From Thermoanaerobaculia bacterium (GTDB taxonomy: Bacteria; Acidobacteriota; Thermoanaerobaculia; Multivoradales; UBA5704), in assembly GCA_044226625.1 (NCBI GenBank), contig JBGAGQ010000001.1, positions 223,213 to 287,212 of the forward strand: a DNA stretch of 64,000 nt, written 5' to 3'. The position numbers and the translations under genes are program-made. Positions 7,702-17,803 of the stretch are shown here, piece after piece (position 1 is the stretch's first letter; each line of letters opens with the position of its first letter). The notes under the pieces are model-generated. The model worked only from the letters and a program-made list of their open reading frames with translations. It had not been told where the DNA came from and made no database searches.

Positions 7702-10425
7702 TCACACCGTGGTCGGCTCCTCGTCGAGCAGGGGATCGTCTTCGGGCTCCAAAGCTTCAGACTCCACCTCGGGCTCGCTCGACTCGCTCTCCTGTTTCTC
7801 CTCGGTCTCCTGGATCTCTTGGGGCTCCTCGGACTCCTCCGCCGCCGGCTTCGGCTTGCGTTTCGGCTCGACCGAAGGATCGCGCTTGAGCACGACGGCG
7901 GACAGCGGCGGGAGCGTCATCTTCAGGCTCCACTCCCAGGGACCGAGCGGCTCCTCTTCGGCTTCGACCCCCTCGGGGTTGCCGATTCCGGTGCCGCCGT
8001 AGGCCACGTCGTCGCCGTTCAGGATCTCGCGCCAGAGCCCCCCCTGCGGCAAACCGACGGAATAGTCCTCGCGCGGCACCGGCGTGAAGTTGAGGACGAT
8101 CGCGACCGGCTCGCCGTCGGGATCGGCGGGCTTCCGGAGGATCGCGAGCACGCTTCGCGCGGCGTCGTCGCAGGCCAGCCATTCGAAGCCGAGTGCCGGT
8201 TGCGCGTCCAACTCGTGGAGCGCAGGCTCTCCGAGGTAGAGATGGTTCACGTCGCGCACGAAGGCGTGGAGACCCGCGTGAAGCGGATCGTCGAGCAGAT
8301 GCCAGTCGAGGCTCGTGTCGTGGTTCCACTCGCGCCATTGGCCGAGCTCGCCGCCCATGAAGAGGAGCTTCTTGCCCGGCTGCGAGAGCATGAACGCGAA
8401 CAGCAGGCGAAGATTCGCGAACTTCTGCCAGAGATCGCCCGGCATCTTGCCCACGAGCGACCCCTTCATGTGCACCACCTCGTCGTGCGAAAGCGGGAGC
8501 ACGAAATTCTCGCTGCCGGCGTACATGGCGCGGAAGGTGAGCAGGCCGTGGTGGTGGCTCCGCGCGAGCGGATCGAGCGCGAAGTACTTCAAGGTGTCGT
8601 GCATCCACCCCATGTCCCACTTCATGTCGAAACCGAGGCCGCCGTCCTCGACCGGGCGCGAGACGAGCGGCCAGGCGGTCGACTCCTCGGCGATCGACAG
8701 GGTGTCCGGGAAGCGCTCCGCGATCTCCCGGTTCAGCGTGTGGAGGAAGTCGATCGCCTCGAGGTTCTCCCGGCCGCCGTGGATGTTCGGCACCCAGGCC
8801 CCCTCCTCGCGCGAATAATCGCGGTAGAGCATCGAGGCGACGGCGTCCACCCGGAGGCCGTCGGCGTGGTAGACGTCGAGCCAGAACAGGGCCGACGAGA
8901 TCAGGAAGCTCTTCACCTCATGCCGGCCGTAGTTGAAGATCAGGCTCCCCCAGTCGGGATGGAACCCCTGCCGCGGATCGGCGTGCTCGTAGAGGTACGT
9001 GCCGTCGAAGTAGCCGAGCCCGAACTCGTCGGTCGGGAAATGAGACGGCACCCAGTCGAGCAGGACGCCGATTCCCCGCTGGTGCAGCGTGTCGATCAGG
9101 AACATCAGGTCCTGCGGTGAGCCGTACCGGGAGGTCGCGGCGAAGTAGCCGGTCACCTGGTAGCCCCACGAGCCGTAGAACGGATGCTCCATCACCGGCA
9201 ACAGCTCGACGTGGGTGTAGCCCATCTCGACCGCGTAATCGGCGAGCGCCGGGGCGATCTCGCGATAGGTCATCGGCCGCGGCTCGCCTCCTTCCTCCGA
9301 GGGGATCCGGCGCCAGGAGCCGAGGTGCACCTCGTAGATCGAGATCGGAGCGTCGAGCCCGTTCTTTGCCTTTCGCCCCGACATCCAGTCGGCGTCCTGC
9401 CATTCGTAGGCGAGCCCCGACACGACCGAGGCCTGTTCGGGGGGGACCTGCGCGGAGAAGGCGATCGGATCGGCCTTGTCGGCCTTGTATTCGGAGAAGC
9501 GCGACTCGATCCGGTATTTGTACCGCGCCCCCGGCCCAACCCCCGGAACGAACGTGGCCCAAACTCCCGATTCGCCGAGCCGGGCGAGCGGGTCGACCCG
9601 CGCCTGCCATCGGTTCCAGTCGCCGATCAGCGAGACCGCCCGGGCGTCCGGCGCCCAGACCGAGAAATAGGTGCCCGGCTCGCCATCCGGCGAAACCCCC
9701 GGGTGGGAGCCGAGCTTTTCGTAGAGCCGGAAGTTTCGGCCGGAATTGAACCGTTGGAGCTCGTCCTCGGTCAGGCGGGAGAACGAGGTGACGGAAGCCG
9801 CGGGGTCGGACGTCCCCTCCGACCCGCCCTCGGCTCCCCCCATCGCGGCCCTCCCGGATTTCGGAGCGGTCGCGGCCGTCGGAGCTTCCTTGGCGGCCGC
9901 CCGTTGGCGCCGGGGAGCGGTGACCTCGACCGCGGCCTTCTTGCGCGCACCGACGGTCCGGGTCCGAGCGGGGACTTTCGCCTTGCCTTCGGGGACGGCT
10001 TGAGTCGCCGGCGTCGATGGCACGGACGGTTTCGCCGGCATCGCCGGCAGCGCCCGAGTCTTAGAAACCGGCGGCTCCTCGGTCGCCTTCTTTCGGCCCG
10101 AGGCGGATCTCGGCTTTGGATCTTCCGCTGCCGGCTTTCGTTCTCGAGCAATCGCCTTCGTCGGCGTCGTGGAATGGCCACCGGCCATGGTTTTCTTCTT
10201 CGCTTCGGTCACGGCGGGCGCCGCGGACGCGCTCGCCTTCGCCGCCTTGGGGCGGGCTGGAGTCTTCTTCGAGTCGGCAGCCTGGATTTCGACGGCCTGA
10301 ATATCGACAGCCGCAGGCTTCCGCGCCCGATTCGAGGTCGGGCTCGGGGCCGGGCTCGGCTTTTGGGTCTCTGGGTTCCGGACAGCTTTCTTCTTCGGGG
10401 TGCGCTTCGGGGTTTCTTCGTTCAT
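7702..10425 (-). CDS. glgB: 1,4-alpha-glucan branching enzyme with long basic N-terminal and acidic C-terminal extensions
   Basis: [50 protein letters not shown]. Confidence 0.97.
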   Translation of the reverse strand: MNEETPKRTPKKKAVRNPETQKPSPAPSPTSNRARKPAAVDIQAVEIQAADSKKTPARPKAAKASASAAPAVTEAKKKTMAGGHSTTPTKAIARERKPAAEDPKPRSASGRKKATEEPPVSKTRALPAMPAKPSVPSTPATQAVPEGKAKVPARTRTVGARKKAAVEVTAPRRQRAAAKEAPTAATAPKSGRAAMGGAEGGSEGTSDPAASVTSFSRLTEDELQRFNSGRNFRLYEKLGSHPGVSPDGEPGTYFSVWAPDARAVSLIGDWNRWQARVDPLARLGESGVWATFVPGVGPGARYKYRIESRFSEYKADKADPIAFSAQVPPEQASVVSGLAYEWQDADWMSGRKAKNGLDAPISIYEVHLGSWRRIPSEEGGEPRPMTYREIAPALADYAVEMGYTHVELLPVMEHPFYGSWGYQVTGYFAATSRYGSPQDLMFLIDTLHQRGIGVLLDWVPSHFPTDEFGLGYFDGTYLYEHADPRQGFHPDWGSLIFNYGRHEVKSFLISSALFWLDVYHADGLRVDAVASMLYRDYSREEGAWVPNIHGGRENLEAIDFLHTLNREIAERFPDTLSIAEESTAWPLVSRPVEDGGLGFDMKWDMGWMHDTLKYFALDPLARSHHHGLLTFRAMYAGSENFVLPLSHDEVVHMKGSLVGKMPGDLWQKFANLRLLFAFMLSQPGKKLLFMGGELGQWREWNHDTSLDWHLLDDPLHAGLHAFVRDVNHLYLGEPALHELDAQPALGFEWLACDDAARSVLAILRKPADPDGEPVAIVLNFTPVPREDYSVGLPQGGLWREILNGDDVAYGGTGIGNPEGVEAEEEPLGPWEWSLKMTLPPLSAVVLKRDPSVEPKRKPKPAAEESEEPQEIQETEEKQESESSEPEVESEALEPEDDPLLDEEPTTV

Positions 10426-10438
10426 TTGCCGGATGGTA

Positions 10439-12553
10439 TCAGCCGGGCTCCGGTCGCCCTTCCCGCTCTCGGACCTCCGCGCGCAGCTCCTCGATCCGGT
10501 TGAGCGTCGACCGAACCGTCCGCATCTCCGCCATCTGCTCGAGCGAATAGCGCGCCTTGCGCCGCCAGTTGGGCCGCTCGACGTGCGTTCCCGGGACGTT
10601 CTGCGGCCGGGTCTCTCCCCACAAATCCTCGAGGTTCACCAGCGCGATCGGCGCGTCGCTCGCGGCGAGATGCTCGTGGAGCGCGAGGGAGACCTGAGCG
10701 AACGATTCCTCATCGTTCGGCATCTGACCGCCCCGCGTCACCGCGACCGCCGTCCGCAGCCGGTCGCGCAGCCGGGCTCGGCGATCGCGGTCGCGGTCCG
10801 CCGTTTCCCGGTCGATCGCGCCCAGCGCTTCGAGGTCGGCGATCTCGTGCCCCGACCAGTACGAGGCGAACGGTGGCATGTCGTGGGTATTCAGGCTCGC
10901 CGCGACGTTGCCGGGAGGTTTGCGGATCAGCTCGCCGCCGTCGGGATCGAGCTCGTACTGGGCGACGAATAGGCCCAATATGTTGTGCCGCGCCATCGCC
11001 TCGTAGACCTCGGGCGTCACGGTGCCGAGGTTCTCTCCCACCAGCGCCGCGCGGTGCCGGTGGGATTCGATCGACAGCACGGCGTAGAGCTCCTCGGCCG
11101 GATAGGTGATGTAGACCCCCTCCGTCGCGGGGTGCCCCTGCGGCACCCAGAACAGGCGATGGAGCTGCATCACGTGGTCGATCCGCAGCAGGCCGGCGTG
11201 CGCGAGGTGGTGGCGCAACGTGGCGATCAGATAGTCGTAGCCGCGCTCGCGCTGGCGCTCCGGATGGACGGGCGGGAATCCCCAATCCTGCCCCCCTTGG
11301 AACAGGGCGTCCGGCGGCGCGCCCGCCGATGCCTGGCGGGCGAACAGATCCGGAAAACGCCAGACGTCGAACGAGCTGCCGTGCACCCCGAGCGGCAGGT
11401 CGAGATAGAGCCCCGGGCCGCGGCTTCGCGCCGACTCGGCGAGGTCGCCGAGCTGCTGCTCGGCCGCCCATTGCGAGTAGAGGTGATAGCGCACGACCTC
11501 CGGCAGGAAATCGGCGTCGGCGAGGTTTCCCCGTCGCTCGTCTTCAGGCCAGCCTTGCCAGGAGGTGCCGCGCTGCTCGCCCACCGCGCGAAACTTGGCG
11601 TACTCCTGAAGGAAGGGCTTGGCTTTGACGAAGCGCTCGAACTCGCGGCGCCGTCCGTCGGACATCGCCAGCGAGCTCTGGGCGAGCGCGGCGAGCACCC
11701 GCCTCTTGAGCTCCGCCGTCCGCTCCCAGTCGACCGCGTCGAGGCCGGCGAGCGCGGCGGCCTCCGCCTTGAACTCCCCGCTTTCGACCAGCGCGCGCGC
11801 CTCGGCGCTGGCCGCGAACTCCGGCAGGCGCCGGGGATCGACGTAGATCTCGTTCCAGAACAGCCGGGAGGCCGGAGCGTACGGGCTCGGCTCGAACGGC
11901 TCCCGATCGAGGAACGTCGCGAGCAGGGGCAGGGTCGCCACGAAGCCGCCGCCGTAGACCCCGATCCACTTCGCGAGCCGGTCGAGGTCGGCGAAGTCGC
12001 CGGCCCCCCAGGTCTCTTTCGTGCGCAGGGCGTAGAGCGGCAGGAACGCCCCCCAGAGGCCGCGCGCCTCGAGCTCGAAGCTCCTGCGCGGGGCGGCGAG
12101 GATCCGGACCGTGGAGCGCCGGCCGCGCACCTCCACGGTCAGCTGGTGGTACCCGACCGGGACCTCCTCGACCACCGGCAGCAGCGAGACGCCCGGCTCG
12201 CCGGCTGGCGCCAGGCCGCGGGCGTCGATCGAGGTCAGCCAACGGTCGCCGCTCTCGAGGTCGAGCTGGCAGGCGAACACCCCCGTGCCGCGCGGCAGCC
12301 GGAGCGGCACGTAGACCTCCTTGCCCTCCCAGACGACCACGACCGGCGGGGCGACGCGGCTTTCGAGCTCGGCACGGCGCTCCGCGAGCGCATCCCCGGC
12401 GTCCTCGGGCCGCGTGACCGGCGCGCCGAGCGCCGCCAGCACGTCCACCAGCGCCTCCGGGCTCGCCTGCCGGGGACGTCCCCAGGCATCGCGATATTCC
12501 GTCTGCACGCCGTGGAGGCGAGCGAGCTCCAAGAGGATCGGATCGGACGACAT
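10439..12553 (-). CDS. malQ: 4-alpha-glucanotransferase (GH77)
   Basis: [50 protein letters not shown]. Confidence 0.96.
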   Translation of the reverse strand: MSSDPILLELARLHGVQTEYRDAWGRPRQASPEALVDVLAALGAPVTRPEDAGDALAERRAELESRVAPPVVVVWEGKEVYVPLRLPRGTGVFACQLDLESGDRWLTSIDARGLAPAGEPGVSLLPVVEEVPVGYHQLTVEVRGRRSTVRILAAPRRSFELEARGLWGAFLPLYALRTKETWGAGDFADLDRLAKWIGVYGGGFVATLPLLATFLDREPFEPSPYAPASRLFWNEIYVDPRRLPEFAASAEARALVESGEFKAEAAALAGLDAVDWERTAELKRRVLAALAQSSLAMSDGRRREFERFVKAKPFLQEYAKFRAVGEQRGTSWQGWPEDERRGNLADADFLPEVVRYHLYSQWAAEQQLGDLAESARSRGPGLYLDLPLGVHGSSFDVWRFPDLFARQASAGAPPDALFQGGQDWGFPPVHPERQRERGYDYLIATLRHHLAHAGLLRIDHVMQLHRLFWVPQGHPATEGVYITYPAEELYAVLSIESHRHRAALVGENLGTVTPEVYEAMARHNILGLFVAQYELDPDGGELIRKPPGNVAASLNTHDMPPFASYWSGHEIADLEALGAIDRETADRDRDRRARLRDRLRTAVAVTRGGQMPNDEESFAQVSLALHEHLAASDAPIALVNLEDLWGETRPQNVPGTHVERPNWRRKARYSLEQMAEMRTVRSTLNRIEELRAEVREREGRPEPG

Positions 12554-12762
12554 GCCAGGCTTTCCTCCGAGGGATCGATGCGAGCTTCTTTCCGCGGGTC
12601 CTCGAACAACATGTTATCGGTTCTCGCGGCCGGCCTAGGAGGGGTTGATCGTTCCGTCTATGCAAAACCGGCTACGAAATCCGCGATCGGCGGCCCGAAG
12701 ATAATCCTCGACATCGGCTGGGCCGGAAGTAACCTGGGCACCGCGGAGCGGCAGAAGCCGAG

Positions 12763-12798
12763 GGGGCGGAGTCTCGGGATCGCCCGAGACTCCGCCCC
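12763..12798 (-). terminator. 16-bp perfect hairpin downstream of the peptide gene (terminator/stabiliser)
   Basis: GGGGCGGAGTCTCGGG-ATCG-CCCGAGACTCCGCCCC, 30 nt after the stop of 12829-13038; U-tract is weak. Confidence 0.6.
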
Positions 12799-12828
12799 TT
12801 CGTCGTTTCCGGATCGGTCGCTGGAAGG

Positions 12829-13038
12829 CTAGCGGGTGGTAGTGGTGCAGCAGTCGGTGCAGATGGTTCCGGCGCAGGTGAAGAAGTTGCAGGTCTGGCA
12901 GGTCTTGCAGGTCTGTTCCAGGGTGTTGGCGCAACCGATCTGCGCCGTGGCGCCGGCCACGAGAGGCTCCAGACGGGACGGGGTGAGCTGCTTGACGGTC
13001 TCTCGGTTGAGACTGAGCTTCGAGCGCTTCTTTCTCAT
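12829..13038 (-). CDS. Lanthipeptide-like RiPP precursor 1 (69 aa)
   Basis: Leader KLSLNRETVKQL...VAGA; core has 8 Cys and 12 Thr (TCKTCQTC); RBS AGGGGAG. Confidence 0.85.
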   Translation of the reverse strand: MRKKRSKLSLNRETVKQLTPSRLEPLVAGATAQIGCANTLEQTCKTCQTCNFFTCAGTICTDCCTTTTR

Positions 13039-13251
13039 ATCTCCCCTTTCGCGAAAGGTCCTGTTTAAAGCCTATCGCGTCTTGTCCGTCAAAAATATCC
13101 GGCGCTGCAACCGAAGCGTCGCCCCTTCTCCGTCCCCCGACGTCGTCATTCGCCGGCCGGTATGGAACGCCGGTCCCCGAAGGCCCGCTCCTTGCACCGA
13201 GGTCCCCCCGTTCCGCCCTGCGAGGGGTTGGCTTCCAAGAATGGCCCGCCT

Positions 13252-14367
13252 ATGCTTCCGCCACGTCTTCGTTCCCGTCCCGTGCGAAAGATCGCGCTCG
13301 TCCTCGCGTCCCTCGTCGTCGCTTTGCTCGCGGCCGAGGGAATGATCCGCCTGCTCGGCGCCGCGCCGGAGGTCGGCTGGGTCGAGATCGGCCGTTATCG
13401 CCTGGCGAAGAACCCGCGGATCGGCTTCGAGCCGATCCCCCACTTGAAGACCGTCGCGATCACCAACGACCTCATCGACTACGTCGGCGAGTCGAACCGC
13501 CTCGGATTCCGGGATCGCGACCACGCCGTCGCCAAGCCGCCGGGCGTCTATCGCATCGTCGTCCTTGGAGACAGCGTCGGGCTGGGCCTCAAGGTCGCCC
13601 GCACCGAAGACACGTTCCCCGCTCTCCTCGAGAAGATCCTCCGCCGCCGCGGCAAGAACGCCGAGGTGATCAACCTCTCGGTGACCGGCTACAACACCCA
13701 GCAGGAGGTGGAGTCTTTCCTCGAGAAGGGCCTCGCGTTCTCCCCCGACCTGGTGCTCGTCGCCTACACCTTGAGCGACCGCGAGCGCCTCGACGGCAAC
13801 ATCATGGAGACGCTCCTTTCCGCCGCACGTATCGGCCCACAGCGGAAGATGCGGCAGGCGAACCCGATCCTCGTCCATAGCGCGCTCTACCGTTTCCTGT
13901 TGTTCCGCGTCGTCCGGCCCAAGGGGAGCCACACGGACGAAGCCGAGACGAAAGAATCCGAGCGCGCCCTCGCCGCGATCTCCGGCGACACGGTCGCCCC
14001 CTCCTTCTCCCGCCTCGCCCAGGCGGCCCGGGCGCACCATTTCCACGTCCTGGTCGCCGTCTTCCCCTATTTCGTCCATCTCACCCAGGGCTACGAATAT
14101 CGGCCCCAACACGCCTCAGCGATTCGCGACGCCAAGAGTCACGGCTTCGGGGTCGTCGACCTCCTCGTGCCCATGCAGAGATGCCGCAAAAAAGCCGGCC
14201 GCCCGATCCAGGTCGACAGCTTCCACCCCAACGAGCTAGGCCACCGCTGCGCGGCGGGCGCGATCGCACAGTCGATCCTGAACAGCCCCCCCGATCACGC
14301 CGCCGAGGCCCCCGCCACCCAGATGGCCCGGTGGCGGAAGGGACCGCGGAAGACGGGGCGGGCGTAG
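13252..14367 (+). CDS. Membrane-anchored SGNH/GDSL hydrolase
   Basis: N-terminal TM, NRLGFRD, VLGDSV, INLSVTGY, DSFHPN; start may be the GTG at 13282. Confidence 0.9.
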   Translation: MLPPRLRSRPVRKIALVLASLVVALLAAEGMIRLLGAAPEVGWVEIGRYRLAKNPRIGFEPIPHLKTVAITNDLIDYVGESNRLGFRDRDHAVAKPPGVYRIVVLGDSVGLGLKVARTEDTFPALLEKILRRRGKNAEVINLSVTGYNTQQEVESFLEKGLAFSPDLVLVAYTLSDRERLDGNIMETLLSAARIGPQRKMRQANPILVHSALYRFLLFRVVRPKGSHTDEAETKESERALAAISGDTVAPSFSRLAQAARAHHFHVLVAVFPYFVHLTQGYEYRPQHASAIRDAKSHGFGVVDLLVPMQRCRKKAGRPIQVDSFHPNELGHRCAAGAIAQSILNSPPDHAAEAPATQMARWRKGPRKTGRA

Positions 14368-14385
14368 GGGGGGAGCTTCTTTCGC

Positions 14386-16203
14386 CTATTCGTCTGGACC
14401 CCAGGTAGGTTTGAAAAGTCTGGGAGGACTCGCCGAAGAGCTGGCGGCGACGGTGAGCGGAAAGATCCTCGAAGGGCTCTTGGCCCACTGCCATAGATGT
14501 AGCTCCCTCCACGCGGGAGCCGCCGGCGAGGTGGCCTTGAATTTGTGGTGCAAACCTTCGCTGGACCAGAGCTGGGGTCGATCCGCGACGTTCGACACTT
14601 CGGCAAGGAAATCGACATGGAGCGCCGCGAGGCCTTTCAGCTTGGCGTTGTCCGGACTCCGGCCGTAAAACGGATCGTCGTTCGACCCGCTCGGGGCCGT
14701 CTCGAAGAAGACGCCCAACGGCTGATAGTTCGAGGCAGCCTCCTTTTCCCGAGGAATGGGATTCAGACTCCAGACCCGGACGCACATGCTGCCGCCCGAG
14801 CCTCGATCGTTCCAAAGATATTGGCCGAAGCTCGTTTCAACTAAAGGGTTACGCCCGGGTCCGATCCAGCGGAAGATCGCTATCATGGGTGGGACCGGCG
14901 CAGGAAATTGGGCTCCTACGACGACCTGTTGGCCAAGCCAAAAAAAGCCGTCCGGAACCGGCGCCGCCGGTTGAAAAATCGTCAAGGTCTTGTCGACATC
15001 GTTCTTTCCGACCTTTACCGTCCACGGAATCGTCTGTGCCTCGGCCGGTAGGGTCTTGCTCTCCCATTTCTTGCGATCGAATAGCTGCGAATATCTTCGG
15101 ACATGGTTGTAGTACGCCGTTGGAGAGCGGACCGAGTGTCCAGGCTTACCCTCGACGGCTTTCAAGAAATAGGCTTCGGACCAGATCGAGTCGGGCCGCA
15201 GTTGCATCCGCGGGTCGGTCGGCGGCAGGACGACGTCCTGACGCGGGCAGCTGGAGTCATTTCGATAGGCTTGCCGGTCGCTCTGGTCGTAGCCGATCAG
15301 CAAATCATTGCCTAGAAAGCCGAGCGCCTCACATCCCACCTTGGGTGGCCGCGTCTGGTGCGTTCGGTAGTAGGTACCGATGGTCGTGGGCCTCCACTCT
15401 TCCAGCCTCTGATCCCCGTTCGCCGGATCGCGGTGGTACTTGACGTAAGCTTCTGGCGAGGGATCCGAACTTTCGAAGTCCCGATCGCCCAACTCGTCGT
15501 CGACCAGGGTCCACAGCGAATCGCCATCGCAATGCATTTCGGCGAGCTTCTGGGTCTGCAGAGAGAACGAGCCTCGTTTCGTGACGGCGGTTCCTCCCAG
15601 AGCGCCCACGGGCAACTCGTAGTAGTCGACCTGCTGATCGGTTCCGCCATGAACACCCTGCGTTGAGGCGTAGAAAAGCCCGCCGAAACCGCCGGAAGAC
15701 CTCTCGAAGAAATTGTGATTGCCGTCCTGGACGAACGTCATGGCCTCCATGCCGTTGCCGGAAACGTCGGTCGAGGTCAACGCCCACCAGCGGTCTTCGC
15801 ACATCACTGGATCCCCATCGCTCCCAGCCGCCAAATTCACGATCTTCAGCTCGACGATGATCGGCGCCTGCTTCGAGTCCTTTTTCTCGGCTCCCTTGTC
15901 GTCCAGTTCGTACCGTCCGCGCTCCACCCCGACATACAGGTAGTCGGTTCGGCCCGGAACGGTCGTCAACGATTCGAAGTCCGTCCACTTCGGATGCCCG
16001 GGGACTTGCAGGACCCTCCAATGCCAGACATCCCCGTTCTTCCAGGCGATGGTGCCGTTATCGCTGACGACGTAGATCACGTCTCCGACGACCGCGAGCC
16101 CGCTCGGCTCGGCAACGAATTGGCCCGGGCCGGCGACCTTGCCGGGGAAGCGACCGATCGATGTTCCTTCGCCAAGCTCCCAAGGGGATACACGATCGCT
16201 CAT
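14386..16203 (-). CDS. Hypothetical protein: SdiA-regulated/YjiK-like beta-propeller + C-terminal Vps62/DUF946-like domain
   Basis: EPSGLA...VVSDNG, DFESLT, GMEAMTF, GCEALGF repeats; C-terminal IFQP..PDGFFWLG...LWNDRGSGG...VW...YQPLG; GGAGG RBS. Confidence 0.65.
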   Translation of the reverse strand: MSDRVSPWELGEGTSIGRFPGKVAGPGQFVAEPSGLAVVGDVIYVVSDNGTIAWKNGDVWHWRVLQVPGHPKWTDFESLTTVPGRTDYLYVGVERGRYELDDKGAEKKDSKQAPIIVELKIVNLAAGSDGDPVMCEDRWWALTSTDVSGNGMEAMTFVQDGNHNFFERSSGGFGGLFYASTQGVHGGTDQQVDYYELPVGALGGTAVTKRGSFSLQTQKLAEMHCDGDSLWTLVDDELGDRDFESSDPSPEAYVKYHRDPANGDQRLEEWRPTTIGTYYRTHQTRPPKVGCEALGFLGNDLLIGYDQSDRQAYRNDSSCPRQDVVLPPTDPRMQLRPDSIWSEAYFLKAVEGKPGHSVRSPTAYYNHVRRYSQLFDRKKWESKTLPAEAQTIPWTVKVGKNDVDKTLTIFQPAAPVPDGFFWLGQQVVVGAQFPAPVPPMIAIFRWIGPGRNPLVETSFGQYLWNDRGSGGSMCVRVWSLNPIPREKEAASNYQPLGVFFETAPSGSNDDPFYGRSPDNAKLKGLAALHVDFLAEVSNVADRPQLWSSEGLHHKFKATSPAAPAWRELHLWQWAKSPSRIFPLTVAASSSASPPRLFKPTWGPDE

Positions 16204-16341
16204 GGCCGCCCTCCTTTGCGTGAATGCACTGGAGATCTTAGCCAGAAGACGCTAAATCTGTACACCAGGACGCCGGCCGCAGTTAGGCCGCAACTGCCGA
16301 GGTGACCGCTGATGACGGATTGGGAAGGAGGCGGGCGTACG

Positions 16342-16416
16342 TGGAGCCGACGGTCGGATTTGAACCGACGACCTGCTGATTACGAATCAGCTGCTCTACC
16401 ACTGAGCTACGTCGGC
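16342..16416 (-). tRNA. tRNA-Thr(CGT)
   Basis: GCCGACGTAGCTCAGTGGTAGAGCAGCTGATTCGTAATCAGCAGGTCGTCGGTTCAAATCCGACCGTCGGCTCCA; anticodon stem GCTGA/TCAGC, loop TTCGTAA, encoded CCA. Confidence 0.98.
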
Positions 16417-16565
16417 AAAGAAGAAGGGGCGTCTCCCGGACGGGCGAGCGAGGCGGGATTGTAGGGGATCGCCCGAGCGGGCGCAACTCTTCGATTTTGG
16501 GAAAAGTCCGGCTCTCCGGACGGCGTGCTAGCGTCCTCCACCATGACTTCTTGGAGCCGCGACCG

Positions 16566-17363
16566 ATGACTCCCCGCCGTAGCCTGCTGCTCGCCGGCTT
16601 CCTGATCGCCTTCGGGCTGTTCTTCTTCGGTCCGGCCGAATCGCTCGCCGGGAGCCCGGACGCTTATCGCCGCCTCGCGCTGTGGGGGATTCCGCTCGGC
16701 GTGGTCCTGATCGCCGCGCTGTTCGTGCCGCGGGGCGGGGCCGGGACTGCGCTCGTCGGGTCGGGCGGCGGCTCGGGGGTTGCCGCAGGGATCGGGGCGA
16801 TCCTGGTCGATCTTCTGTATCTCGGCTATGCCCAGCTGACGCATGCGGCGACGTTCACCTTCGGGGCGCAGGCGCTCGCCGGGGGGCGGCTCGCCTGGGT
16901 TCTGATCTGGTCGCTGCCGATGTGGGTCGCCTTCGGCGTCTTCGGCTGGGAGCGTGCGCTTCGCGCCGGGGTGTTCTCCGGCCTCCAGCCTCGGTTCGGG
17001 ATCTTCGGCGCGGGGGCGGTCGCCGCCCTGGCCGGGACCGCTCTCGCCTTGCCGACGATCCTGCCGGGAGGGGAGGTGCGCGACGTCGGGTTCGTTGCCA
17101 CGGGGCTCGTCGCGATCCTCGCGCGGGAGGCGATCGCGACCGTCCTCTTCCTGCGCTCCGGTCTGCTCGCGGCAGGAATCTTCCGCGGCGTCGCGATCTT
17201 CCTCGAGGCGTTCGTGCTCGCCGATTGGAACGCGCTCACCTTCCCGGCGTTCCAGGTCGTCTCCGACACGCCGTCGTTCTACGTCGCGCGCGGGCTCACG
17301 GCGCTGCTCGCGGTGGCGGCGACTCTTCTCTTCTGCCGGAAACGCACGGAGATCTCCGCATGA
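16566..17363 (+). CDS. Integral membrane protein, possibly a degenerate CPBP/CAAX protease-like family member
   Basis: Multiple TM helices; WERALRAG resembles a degenerate EExxFRG motif. Confidence 0.65.
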   Translation: MTPRRSLLLAGFLIAFGLFFFGPAESLAGSPDAYRRLALWGIPLGVVLIAALFVPRGGAGTALVGSGGGSGVAAGIGAILVDLLYLGYAQLTHAATFTFGAQALAGGRLAWVLIWSLPMWVAFGVFGWERALRAGVFSGLQPRFGIFGAGAVAALAGTALALPTILPGGEVRDVGFVATGLVAILAREAIATVLFLRSGLLAAGIFRGVAIFLEAFVLADWNALTFPAFQVVSDTPSFYVARGLTALLAVAATLLFCRKRTEISA

Positions 17364-17803
17364 GCGCTCAACACGGTTCGCCGAAGCTTCGCCTCGCGGC
17401 CGTCTTCGGTCTGGTCGTGATGGCGACTTGGACGCTGGTGATCAAGTTCCTGGCGCCGATCCTCTGGGCCTATGCGGAGCGCGCCGCCGGCCGCCCGGCC
17501 GAGGCGCCGGTGATGTGGGACTTCTGGTGGGTCGCCCACCTCGCGCTCGCCTGGCTGCTCTGGCACCGACACCGCTGGGCTCGCTCGTCCGGACTGCTGG
17601 TCGCCGGGATCGAGATCGCGATCGTCGCGGTGAAGCTCGCGCTCTTCGCCCAGGCGCCCGATCTGTCGTTCTGGCGGCTGCTCTGGCTCACCAACAAGAT
17701 CTACGTGCTCGCCTTCTTCGTCGCGTTCGGGATCTGGCTCTTCCAGCCCGCGGCGCGCCGCGAATTCGCCAATTTCCCGCGGGGGAGCGGCTATGGCAAA
17801 TGA
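17360..17803 (+). CDS. Small 4-TM membrane protein
   Basis: ATGA overlap with the previous gene; MSAQHGSPKLRLAAVFGLVV...MWDFWWVAH...NKIYVL. Confidence 0.75.
   Translation: MSAQHGSPKLRLAAVFGLVVMATWTLVIKFLAPILWAYAERAAGRPAEAPVMWDFWWVAHLALAWLLWHRHRWARSSGLLVAGIEIAIVAVKLALFAQAPDLSFWRLLWLTNKIYVLAFFVAFGIWLFQPAARREFANFPRGSGYGK

Noticed and set aside
14300-16416. Integrative element at tRNA-Thr
   Set aside because: No integrase, and I found no duplicated tRNA 3' end (att) by eye
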